From: Selaginella moellendorffii
Taxonomy: Eukaryota > Plantae > Lycopodiophyta
DNA: 64,000 nt
Assembly: GCF_000143415.4 (NCBI RefSeq)
Contig: NW_003314267.1
Span: forward strand, 1,810,100 to 1,874,099
Reading direction: 5' to 3'
Under the pieces are notes generated by a model. It worked only from the letters and a program-made list of their open reading frames with translations, was not told where the DNA came from and made no database searches. The translations under genes and the position numbers were made by a program. Each line of letters opens with the position of its first letter. Within the stretch, counting starts at the first letter, position 1. Below are positions 21,282 through 33,075 of this stretch, one piece after another.

Positions 21282-21698
21282 CTAGAAGGATCTTCCATCG
21301 CTTCCAGCACTCGGCATTCCCTGGTAGTCAAGCTTGACACCCACCATGGAACTCACTGCCCTAAACTTCCCCCGGATTGCGTCGAGCTTCTCCTGGAGCT
21401 GCTCGTTCTGGTGATCCAGCACGGGGTAATCCCTCACCAGATCCCTCAGCTGCTGGATTCCCCGCGCGGCCCTCGCCGAAAAAGCCGATTCGTCCCTCTG
21501 AAGCAGCGAAATCCACAGCTGCGCGCAGCCACCGTAGAATCCCAGCTCCTCGCCCACCTGGAATCCTATCTTGAGCCCTACTTCGCGGCCCTCGATCTCC
21601 CCGGCGATCACTCCCTCCGCGAAACCCTCATCGAACCCGGCCTTGAGCTGCGCCTCATCCAACCCCACCGTCGTTGCAAAAATGTCGCTCTCTTCCAT
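21282..21698 (-). CDS. LTO1/ORAOV1 (Yae1_N family) protein
   Basis: Deca-GX3 motif GFDEGFAEGVIAGEIEGREVGLKIGFQVGEELGFYGG, then IRGKFR. 138 aa. Confidence 0.85.
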   Translation of the reverse strand: MEESDIFATTVGLDEAQLKAGFDEGFAEGVIAGEIEGREVGLKIGFQVGEELGFYGGCAQLWISLLQRDESAFSARAARGIQQLRDLVRDYPVLDHQNEQLQEKLDAIRGKFRAVSSMVGVKLDYQGMPSAGSDGRSF

Positions 21699-21819
21699 TG
21701 TTGATTAATGGATATTCCGAAGAACCCTAAAAGGCTGCCACGTCAGACATTGATAAAATCTTAATTAACTTCATTATTTATATTTTAACTTTTTTTAATA
21801 ATAATAACAAAGGTTTCAA

Positions 21820-21876
21820 TGTGAGTGCATGGAATATAGAAAGGGAATACAAAAATGTGTATATCAATTAACTCAA
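21820..21876 (-). repeat. Truncated family-A LTR fragment
   Basis: TGTGAGTGCATGGAATATAGAAAGGGAATACAAAAATGTGTATATCAATTA matches the LTR end at 22996. Confidence 0.75.
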
Positions 21877-24800
21877 TTGTCTTTTGGGTAGTTGATATGG
21901 CAAAAAATTGTATTATATTATAAAATATATAAATTACACAAATGTGTTTAATTATAATAGCGATTTTACTCATTGAAATGGCAAAATCATTTAGGGTAAT
22001 GTTGCTATTTGCAAAAGTAGTGAAAAACCCTTTGCTCCTGAATTATGTGATAAATTTTTTATCCCACTATGTATACATAGTAAAATCTAAGTCAATGTCA
22101 TGTTTGTAAATTTTTAATTTCCCATTAGTTTTATTCAATAGATGGTTTAATACATTTTTGTATACATGAATCAAGGTAAAGTATAAAAATAAAAATTAAT
22201 TGATTTCATTTGTTACAACATGTAAGATTTAACTAAATATTATTTGAATGGTAATCCTGTAAAGTTTATTATGTAAAATGGTTTTTTTACTTATTTTATA
22301 TAGAAATCTTCCATAGCCAAAGATGAAATCTACACTCGCACAAAACATCATTTAAAGTAACGGTGTCCTTTATGATTGTAGAATGTCATGGCCCATTTGC
22401 AAGAGGATTAAGTAGATCTTTCTCTTTTAAAGACTAAATCATTTTGGCTCAAAGTTGGATCATTATTAAGATTGTAAAAGGAGAATTAGTCACATATAGA
22501 TATGATGGCTGTTTCAAATAGTAATTCTACTTTAACTGCTTTGTTAGCCATAATAAACATTCTAGAAAGCTATAGTATTGTTAGGCTAGGGATTTATAAA
22601 GCCAATTCCCTCAAAGTTCATAACCTCTTTTTGATCTGTGGCTGCTAAAAAACTAACACATAATTTATTAAGTTTACATGGTATAAGGCACTTAAAAAGA
22701 GTAGATCACATATGTGGTATGCCCTACACATGTGCCATTTCTATATAAATATTATAATGCACACAATTATATTTTGATTGGTCAAATGCACATATATTGT
22801 AATATGCATTCAACATATTTGTATTATAATATTGTGTGCAATTGAAAATAAGAAAAATATATCTACACATATGTAAATAAATATAAACCCATGTGCAATC
22901 ATATATTCATTTCTATAGAGGGAAATATAAAATTTTAAAGGAATTATAATAAATAAATAGATAAATAAATAAATAATCTTATTATGTTTAGAAACTGTGA
23001 GTGCATGGAATATGGAAAGGGAATACAGAAATGTGCATATCAATTAGCCCAAAAACCCTAGCTTATATACAGGAGCGAATGGTCCGGATTGAAACCAATT
23101 TGACGGCTACCAAAATCCCACTACACTAATATTAGTATACGGCATCATAGCCGTACACTTGGCCCTCACATCATCCCCTCCTCTCGGAATAATGAAAGAC
23201 CATCAGGGTTCTCTTGTAGATGGGCCGGGATCTGGAGGAACATCAGGAGGAGGCATCGGTGGATCTGTAGATGGTATTAACCGTTCCTGATCCCTTTGTA
23301 TGAAGTGTTTTAACTGCTGCACATGCACAATCTTTGGAGGATCGGCCTGCTGGATGTCATGCCGAACCTCATAAACTTGTGGTCCAACTTGCCGCAACAC
23401 CTGATATGGTCCTTTCCACTGTGCAAGGAGCCCCTTAGATAAACCACATACCGTAAGATGGGGAAAACGGACTAACACCAAATCATCCACTTTGTACTCC
23501 GTAGGTGGACGATGATGGGAGTTGTAGCGCCGTTGTTGTCCCACTTGTATGTGGCCTAACTGTTCGGCAGACTCCACTCGGAAAAGTGGAAGAATGCTTG
23601 TCAAATATTGATCCCATAACCTAGCATCCGCAGCTCGTGGCAATTGCGAAGGTAAACCCAGCTTCGTTGGTAATATTGGATCATGACAATATAAAATTTT
23701 ATATGGTGAAGCACCAACAGAACTCTGCACCCCAGTGACATATGCATACCAAAAAGACGGTAAATAACCATCTCAATCCGAATGCTGAAAGTTCACATAC
23801 TTTGCAATCATCCCCTTGAACGTCCGAATGAGCCGTTCCACCAGACCGTCTGATTGTGGATGATAAGCACTCGTGAAGGTGTGGCAAATCCCCAAAGGAG
23901 ACGTCAAAACATGAAATGCCTCATCCATAAATGTGGGACCATTATCTGAAAGAATCCGCTCTGGACAAGAATGCTGAAACACCACTTGATTGAGGAAGAA
24001 GTATCCAACAGCAGTTGCAGAGGTGCTAGCAAGAGAAAATCCACAGATGCTGGAACGACAGGCTCGTCAGAAATATGAGAAGAGAGTGAAAATGGAAGAG
24101 GAGCTCGAGAAAGGGCATCAGCATCAGCCATAGAACTCCCTGGGCGGTGAACAACATCAAAATCATATATCTGAAGCTTCAAAGCCCACCGAGCAGTACG
24201 ACCAACTAGGTTCTTCCGCTTTAATAACGAAGTAACAGCAGCATGGTCACCTTCAAGTAACATCCGAGAACCATGTAGATATGCATGGAGTTTCTCAAAA
24301 CCCTAGATTGCTGCTAAACACTCTTTCTCTGTCGTGGAGTAGTTCATCTCCACTGGTTGTAATGTACGGCTTATATATGCAATGGGATGGCACTGACCAG
24401 GCACACTCGAGCTCTCTTGCATTAACACACCTCCAAGACCAATGTCAAAAGCATCCACGGGCAAAATAAAAGGTCGAGTGTAGTTAGGATATGCCAAAAC
24501 CGGAGGAGTTGTCAATAACTCTTTGAGATCCCCAAATGCCCTCTCACAATCCAGAGACCAAATGAAAGATGACGTTGATGACTTCAACAACGCTCGCAAT
24601 GATGTAGTGCGATCAGAAAGATGATCCACAAAACACCCGAGATACTGCACCTTGCCCAAGAAGCGCTGCACATCATTCACACACTTCGGAGTAGGGAACT
24701 TTAGAACAGCCACAAGTTTGTCAGGATCAACTTGCAAACCCTCACGAGAAATACGGTACCCAAGATAAGTTGTGTCCTTGGATCCAAACACACACTTCGA

Positions 24801-26584
24801 CCGCTTCAGCTTTAAACTAACGTCGCGTAGCCGATCCAACACTTTACAAACATCACGAATGTGCTCCTCCCACGTCCCCTCCAAGTGGATCAAGACATCA
24901 TCAATGAAGTCAGCAGTCACCTCCGGCATATCGCAAAAAATCTCGTCCATTATCCGTTAAAAAGTTGCTGGAGCATTGTTGAAACCAAATGGCATCACCA
25001 AGAACTCATACAAACCAAATGGTGCACGAAAAGCAGTCTTAGGTATATCTTCTTCGGCCATCGGTACTTGCCAGTACCTAGAAGCAAAATCTAGCTTGGT
25101 GAACCAACGACTTCGCCCCAAACGATCTAAGAGATCAACAGTGTGAGGAAGAGGGTACACATCTGGGATCGTTATGTCGTTTAACGGACAATAGTCGATG
25201 CAGAAACGAATACTTCCATCAGGCTTCGTCACAAGATGAGGTTCACATGCCCAAGGACTCCGTGACTTTCAAATAACACCCTTCTCCAACATCTCCTTGA
25301 CATTTGCATGTAAAATTTTGATCTCCTTTGGTGACCGACGACAAACATGAACCTTGATTGGACGAGCATCCCCAGTTGGAATCAGATGACGTGTGGCAAT
25401 CTTGGCTCCAGACGATAGGTCAAAGTCAAAGAGATCAGAATACTCCTTCATGAGCCGGTAAATTGCTGCAACACAAAGATCGTCGGAGGGATCGGAAAAG
25501 GGAGGAGCAGAACAAGATGGAAACACAGGAGGAAATAGTGGGGAAACAAAAGTAATGGAAGCAGAGGTAGAAGTAGAGGGACGAAGAAGTACGGAAGTGA
25601 GAGGAATGGATGAAACATAAGGAAGTATGAGACAAGGGGGAGAAGCCTCAAAGTCACACTTGGCATGATTGCGCTGCAACCAATCCATACCAAGAATGAG
25701 GTCAAAAACTTGACTCGGCACCACCCGCAACGACTGCAACTCAAGCTCGAGATCGCCCACACACACAACCAAGTCTGCACCATCCTGTGCACATGCATGT
25801 GTACGGCCATTGCTATAAAGAATGAAAACTGGTTCTGCTGCATGACGCAAGTGTAGACGACAACGTGTGGCAATAGGTCAAGCAATAGAAGATAAACTCG
25901 AACCTGTATCAACCAACACGGAGAGAATAATAGGAGACCTCTTGTTATAAAGACGAGCTTGGAAAGTAAACACTGGATGAACTAGTGCTGAGTGAACCCC
26001 TTGATGATACTCCCGAAAGAAAGATGGAGGGGTCACTGACTTATTCGCGCAAGGTCCCTCCGTTACTCACGTGACTCCTTGTTTCCCAGATGCATCTCGG
26101 TGTCCAAACCTTCCATTGCAGTTGTCAGGAATCCCCCAATTCTTGCCATATTCCTGACTCTCACCTGATTCCTGACCTGCAAACCACATTCCTGACTCTT
26201 GAGACACTTCCCTATTCCTGACTCTCTGATTTCCTGTACAATTCTTGAGTCTCGAGCCAGATTCCTGATGATGATGTGGCGCCTCCTCGACCTCAGCTAT
26301 ATTTAGGCCGTCCTTGATCTAAGAGTGGTGGAGCTTCATCAACCTATAGTATATATAGGTTAGCCTTGTTCCATTTCTCCACAATCTGAATCAACACCAG
26401 TCTAAGGCCTCTTCTTTGTTATTCACTAGCTTTTCTCTTTGTCTTTTGCATTTTCTAGTCTTGATCTTGTTGGGGGTCTTGACAGTTTGATTCAGATTGT
26501 GGTTTTTCGTTTTTTGCTTTAGCTCGTTTTGATCGTTTGATTGCCTTTGCCTTTTTTCCCTCTTTTTTTCTTTCTTCTTTTCCA

Positions 26585-28154
26585 ATGGAGTCTCCACGCC
26601 ATCCTGACTTCTTTGCTGAAGTCCTTGCAAAAATCCAGTCTGAGAATACCGAGCTGAAAGTGACCCTTCTTCGCATGCAGCAAGAACTTGCTTCACTTTC
26701 GGCTCAAGGATCTAGCAAAGTTCCTGAACCGAAGGTGAGTTTCCTGTAAGCAACCAAAGGGAACGACTCGAGAGACGATCCATGGGGTTCAAATATAGAG
26801 GGAAAGGGCCCATGAATAAGAGTGCACCCCCTTTTCCAATTGGTTAAGGGTCTTGGGATATTTGGGGTTAAGCGTCCTTGGGTTTGAATAGTACTGGGCT
26901 GGGTGACCTCCCGGGAAGTCCAAACTCAGGAGCTTACATTTGGTATCAGAGAGGTCTCGGGTCCGACTCTGTTGGTTGGCTAAGGGAATCGCACCACATG
27001 TTGATTGACATCTGGCTGGTCCAGTTTGCTCCCACTGGGCTCGACCCGAGGGGTAGGGTGTCAAGAGAGCGGGGCTCTCAGGAGAGCTGCGGCTCTCAGC
27101 TTCCGTTCACGAGGGCGTGAACTTGCAGGGAAGCGTGGTGGATTGTAAGCAACCAAAGGGAACGACTCGAGAGACGATCCATGGGGTTCAAATATAGAGG
27201 GAAAGGGCCCATGAATAAGAGTGCACCCCCTTTTCCAATTGGTTAAGGGTCTTGGGATATTTGGGGTTAAGCGTCCTTGGGTTTGAATAGTACTGGGCTG
27301 GGTGACCTCCCGGGAAGTCCAAACTCAGGAGCTTACATTTCCCAGCGAAATTTTTAGGGAAGCGTTCGGAGCTTCGCGGATTCCTGAACCAAATGGAGCT
27401 GATCTTCGCACTTCAACATCAGCGGTACCCCACTCCCGAGTCTCAAATCGGTGCGATTGGGACGTTGCTCGAAGGTGCAGCTTTGTCATGGTTTTCTCCT
27501 CTCCTGGAGAAGAGCATGAAAGGGGTCGTGGTTCCGGAGCTGATGGATCTTCAATTGTTCAAAGAGAAGCTCGAAGCATGTTTTGGCGAGACGGATCGGG
27601 TTTGGGCTGCCACCACAAAGATGAGACGTCTTTCTCAAGGGTCTCATCCTGCCTCGATCTATGCTGCAGAGTTCCAACTCCTTGCCTTGGACACTCAGTG
27701 GGATGAGCGGGCCCTGATTGATCAATTTCGTTTCGGCCTTAACAACAGTGTCAAGGATTTGTTGCTCACCATGGAGGATCCCACGGACTTGTCGGACGCC
27801 ATCAACAAAGCTGTTCGATGCGACAATTGTCTCTTTGAACGTCGTCAGGAAAGTCACCGTGCCGCCGTTTTCCCGTCCCAGACTCAGGAATCCCAACTTG
27901 AGTCTTCAGGGCATACTCTTGAACCTACTGCTCCGGTCCCGATGGATATTTCTGGTACTCCCCGACTCATTAGAGGGAAGTTGAGTCTTGCTAAGAAGCA
28001 ACGTCGAATATCTCATAATCTTTGCCTCTACTGTGCTGATCCTAATCACAAAGCAGTTGTGTGTCCCAAGAAGCCTCCCCGACTGCTCGAGTTCACTCTG
28101 CCTCAAAGTCCACCTCTGTTGCAGTCGGGAAACGACCCTGTCCAAACAGAGTAG
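26585..28154 (+). pseudogene. gag: Element B gag, interrupted by the TRIM
   Basis: MESPRHP...PEPKVS|FPAKFLGKRSELRGFLNQMEL... rejoins in frame once 26745-27342 is removed. CLYCADPNHKAVVC zinc knuckle. Confidence 0.88.
26745..27337 (+). mobile_element. Cassandra-type TRIM with 5S rRNA-derived LTR core
   Basis: Two 194-bp LTRs, identical by eye (26745-26938, 27144-27337). TSD TTTCC; PBS TGGTATCAGAG (iMet); 205-bp non-coding interior. Each LTR contains GTTAAGCGTCCTTGGGTTTGAATAGTACTGGGCTGGGTGACCTCCCGGGAAGTCC, matching the 5S internal control region. Confidence 0.93.
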
Positions 28155-31100
28155 GAGCTGTCTGTTTGGACTCCCCGAATAAAAATCACTTCTCTTCTTT
28201 ATCAAGCTCCTCACCACCTTTCATCAAAGCCACCACCAATTCCCGCAACTTCCGCATCCCATGTCTCCTTTCTTTCACCGGACAATCAGGACTCAAGGCT
28301 CTGGCGCTACTGGACTCGGGTGCAACTTCCTGCTTCATGGACACGGACTTTGCTGCTCGACATCACGTTCCTCTTTCTCCTACCATACGGGATCTGCGGG
28401 TTGAAGGTATTGGCGGGCATTTTGTGTCTCCCTCTTCTGGACTTAGGGAAACATTGCCCGTTCGAGTACATATCGGCTCCACCGTCACCGATATCGCCTT
28501 CAACATCATCAACAGCAAGTCCTCCTCTGTGGTGCTTGGCCTCCCTTGGTTCCAACTACATCAGCCTCAGATCTGTTGGAAGGAATTAAAGCTTGTCTCT
28601 CCCACATCACCATCTTCCATGGCTTCCCTTGCTGTTCATCGAGTCCGAATCAGGAAAAGTTCCCTAAACTCAAATCGGGGATCTATTCCTGACTCTACGA
28701 AGTTTTCACCCTCTTCTTTTTCCTCTCTTCCATCTTCCACTGGACAATATCCTCATCTCATCATTCCATTTAGTCGTATGCCTTCTCCTATCTCCACAAT
28801 CACTATGAAAGAACTCCTTCATGAAGAACCTCTTTTCCTTTTTGCTTTGCATGTTTCTCCTGTCAGTCTTCCTGAGAAGTATCATGATTTTGGGGATGTG
28901 TTTGACAAGAAAAAAGCTAGTGTCTTGCCTATTCATCGGCCTTATGACTGTCCCATTGATTTACAGGAAGGAGCGTCACCTCCGTGGGGGCCTATCTATG
29001 GGTTATCCCTGTCCAAGCTTCAAGCCCTCAAAGAGTATGTGGATCAGAACCTTGCCTCGGGGTATATTCAGCATTCACAGTCCCCGGCTGGAGCACCTGT
29101 ATTCTTTGTCAAGAAGAAGGACAGGAGTTTGTGGCTAGTCATTGACTACCGAGGTTTGAACAAGGTGACTGTTCGGAACCATTATCCGCTGCCCCTGATC
29201 TTGGACCTATTGGAACGCCTCGGCGGTGCCCGCTTCTTCACCAAGATCGACCTCCGTGGAGCATACAACCTGATCCGGATCCGGCCTAGTGATGAATGGA
29301 AGATTGCATTCCGAACCCGCTATGGCCACTTCGAGTACACTGTCATGCCATTTGGCTTGACAAATGCTCCAGCAGTTTTTCAACTCATGGCAAATGACAT
29401 CTTTCGGGAGTTTCTTGATCAGATGGTGATCGTCTACCTTGATGACATCCTCATCTACTCAAAAACTCAGGAGGAGCACGACGAATATGTACGTAAGGTG
29501 TTGGCGAAGTTGCGAGAACACGGCCTATACGCGAAGCTTGAGAAATGTTCCTTCGATCAGCAGTCTGTGGAGTTCCTTGGGTACATTGTCACTCCTGAGG
29601 GTATCACGATGGATCCTGCCAAAGTCAAGACTATTCTCGAATGGGAGCTTCCCCAATCAATGTCGGACGTTCAGGTTTTCCTTGGCTTCGCCAACTTCTA
29701 TCGCAAATTCATTGATCACTACTCTGACATTGTCCTTCCTCTCACGCATCTCACTCACAAGGATGTTCCCTTCCCTTGGTCTGCTGCTGCCCAGCAGGCC
29801 TTCGACACACTCAAGGCGGCCTTCAGTTCTGCTACCGTCTTGATCCACGCTGATCCTTCACAACCTTTCTTCATCGAGGCTGATGCGTCCGACTTTGCCA
29901 TTGGTGCTATGCTGTCTCAACTCGGAGCGGATCAAGAACTTCATCCGGTCGCTTTCCATTCTCGGAAATTCCAGCCGGCGGAGATCAATTATGAAATCCA
30001 CGACAAGGAGCTCCTTGCTATTGTGGATTCCTTTGGAGAGTGGCGTTGTTTCTTGGAGGGGGCAGGCCATCAAACAATGGTCTGGATGGATCACAAAAAT
30101 CTCAAGTACTTTGCCACTTCCCGAGTTTTGAGCCGTCATCAAGCAAGGTGGGCATAATTCCTGAGTCGATTTGACTTTGTTATTAAGTACACACCTGGAA
30201 AGCTTCAAGGCCTTCCTGATGCTCTTTCAAGGCGCTCCTATCTCAGTCTCAGGCCTGGTAATCCTGCCTTCCATCAACAAGATCAAGTTATCCTCGGTCC
30301 TGATCGGCTTCAAGTTATGGCAATTTCCCTGGCCCCTCAGGACTCCTCCTTGATGGATGCGATCAGAAACGATCTTCAATCCGATGATCTCGCCAACGAC
30401 ATTTTCCCCCATCTTCAGGCTGGACACCCAGTGACTCCCGACTGCCGGCGATTTGACGAGTTCGAGTTCTTAGATGGCTTATTGCACCGTGGGGAGTAGC
30501 TTTACATTCCTGAAGGTGATGCTCGAAGGTTGGTTCTGATGGCGTGCCACGATAGCCCGACTGCTGGTCACTTCGGCATTGCAAAAACCTATGAGCTGGT
30601 TGCACGGGATTTTTGGTGGCCTCACATGGATGACTACATCAAAGCCTTTGTTACCTCCTGTGACACTTGCGCTCGGAATAAGGTACCTCGCCACCTTCCT
30701 TTAGGTTTGCTTCGATCCCTCCCGGTCCCTTCAGGTCCTTGGGAATCCATCTCCATGGATTTCTTGAGTGATCTTCCCAGTTCTGGAGGCTTCAATAGCA
30801 TTTTAGTTGTGGTGGATCGCTTCACAAAGATGGCGCACTTCCTGCCATGTACCAAGGAGTTTTCGGGCGAGGACATGGCAAAACTGGTATTCAGAGAAAT
30901 TTTCCGACTTCATGGGATTCCTGCAGATGTGGTTTCGGATCGGGGACCTTAGTTCATCTCTCATTTCTGGCAACGGTTTTTGCAACTGCTAGGAGTGAAG
31001 GCCAACCTCTCCTTAGCGTATCATCCTCAAACTGATGGACAGTCCGAGCGAATGATTCAGACGTTGGAACAATTCTTGAGGTGCTTCATCAACTATCATC

Positions 31101-31900
31101 AGGATAACTGATTCGATATCCTTCCCCTTGCTGAGTTCTCCTATAACAACTCTATTCACTCCTCTCTTCGAGTTTCCCCCTTCTTTGTGAACTCTGGTCG
31201 AAATCCTCGATTTAATCTCTCACTTCCTTCTCCACCCGACTCCTCTTGTTCAAATCCCCGCTTTGAGGCATTTGTCTCCAATCTCCAGGAACTCCACAAC
31301 TCCATCTCCTTCCATCTCCATCGTGCTCAGGAATCTCACAAAACATTTGCCAATATCCATCATCAGGATTGTCCCCCTTACAATATCGGGGATAAAGTCT
31401 GGCTCCTCAGGAGAAATATCTCCACCACCAGACCCTGTCCAAAACTCGATTTCAAACACCTTGGTCCATTCCCTATCACTGCCATCATTAATCCTGTCAC
31501 TTATCACCTTGCACTTCCTTCCTCATATCAAATTCACCCCGTTTTTCACTCCTCTCTCCTTGAGCCTTATATTCCTAGTCCTATTCCAAATCGGGTCATT
31601 CCTCCGCCTCCACCAGTGCAGCTCGAGGATGGGTCTGAGTATGAGGTTCAGGACATCCTTGATTCCAAGATTTCACGGTCTAAACTCTACTATCTGGTCG
31701 ATTGGAAGGGTTATGGACCTGAGGAATGCACTTGGGAACCTGCGGACAACCTGATTCATTCTCCTGACCTTGTTCAGGACTTCCACCGCCGCTATCCTTC
31801 TCGTCCCAGTCCCCATTCTTTTTCTCCATCTCCCATCCCTCGCCGCTCATCTCATCTTCCTCTTTGTTCACGTTCACGTCCTTGTTCCTCTCGTTCTTGA
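28127..31900 (+). pseudogene. pol: Element B pol (PR-RT-RH-INT-chromodomain) with in-frame stops
   Basis: -1 frame relative to gag. Premature stops at 30155-30157, 30497-30499, 30950-30952 and ~31109; domains as listed for element B. Confidence 0.9.
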
Positions 31901-33075
31901 GGAGGGGGTGCTGTAAGGAATCCCCCAATTCTTGCCACATTCCTGACTCTCACCGGATTCCTGACCTGCAAACCACATTCCTGACTCTTGAGACACTTCC
32001 CTATTCCTGACTCTTTGATTTCCTGTACGATTCTTGAGTCTCGAGCTAGATTCCTGATGATGATGTGGCGCCTCCTCGACCTCAGCTATATTTAGGCCGT
32101 CCTCGATCTAAGAGTGGTGGAGCTTCATCAACCTATAGTATATATAGGTTAGCCTTGTTCCATTTCTCCACAATCTGAATCAACACCAGTCTAAGGCCTC
32201 TTCTTTGTTATTCACTAGCTTTTCTCTTTGTCTTTTGCATTTTCTAGTCTTGATCTTGTTGGGGGTCTTGACAGCAGTAGCACCAATGGGACATTGCTGA
32301 CGCCAAGGTCTCCACCTAGGAAATGGAGGTCACCAATCCGGAAAACGCCGACAACGCTAATAAGTATGACCAACTTCATCACATGCCCAACAGCGAACAT
32401 CACGGCCACGACCACGTCCTCGCCCTTGACCTTGGACTCGAGCAGCAGCAGCATCAACCTCCATTGGAACAGGACCATCACCCACAGGAAGTGGAGCTGA
32501 AGGACGTGCAGTGAGAAGTGGAAGAGGCGACGTCTCATAACGTTGTGCCAAGCGAAGAGCATCGTCAAGGGTGGCGGGAGCAAGTGCATGCATAAGGCCG
32601 ACAAGATCTTGACGAAGTGCTGGCCACAACATTCCTAGCTTGATCCGCTCCGACATATTTGGTTCTGCACGAAGCAAAATACTTCGGAAACAAACACCAA
32701 ATTGCATCACTGACTTAGATGGCCCTTGGCGAAGACGATGCAATTGTTGGAAAGCATCATCACAGTCATTGGCATGTTCGAAGGCACGTTTGAAGACATC
32801 TGGAAGAACACTCCAATCCTCGCGAGTGGCTGCTCCCAAACCGTTGTACCAACAAAAAAAAAAAAAAAAAAAAAAAATGATTGGCGTGTTAGGGCGTGGA
32901 GGAGCACAACGTCCAGCACCATGGCTGCCGTGATCGGAGGCGCGGCCAGAGGAGGGAGAGCGCAAAGGGGAGAGCGCCCAATCTCCCCGCACTTGCTACC
33001 GACGGCGGGGGCATCCGCCGCGAGATCCAGGGAAGAATCACTCCAGAATCTCTCTGTTTTTTCTTTTACACTGCT

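Larger units (their letters stand above)
26123..32273 (+). mobile_element. Element B: chromovirus (Tf1/sushi/Tcn1-like Ty3/gypsy) inserted in element A
   Basis: 362-bp LTRs at 26123-26484 and 31912-32273; TSD GCAGT on both sides; PPT GAGGAGGGGG. gag with CCHC, protease LLDSGAT, RT YLDD, RNase H EADASD, integrase HHCC, chromodomain YEVQDILDS..YLVDWKGY. Confidence 0.96.

Noticed and set aside
26867-26921. 5S rRNA gene
   Set aside because: Only ~55 nt of the internal control region, embedded in both LTRs of a TRIM; the 5' part and terminator of 5S are absent.
32896-33075. ORF-track start of LINE ORF1
   Set aside because: It is a GTG start; the first ATG is at 33076.
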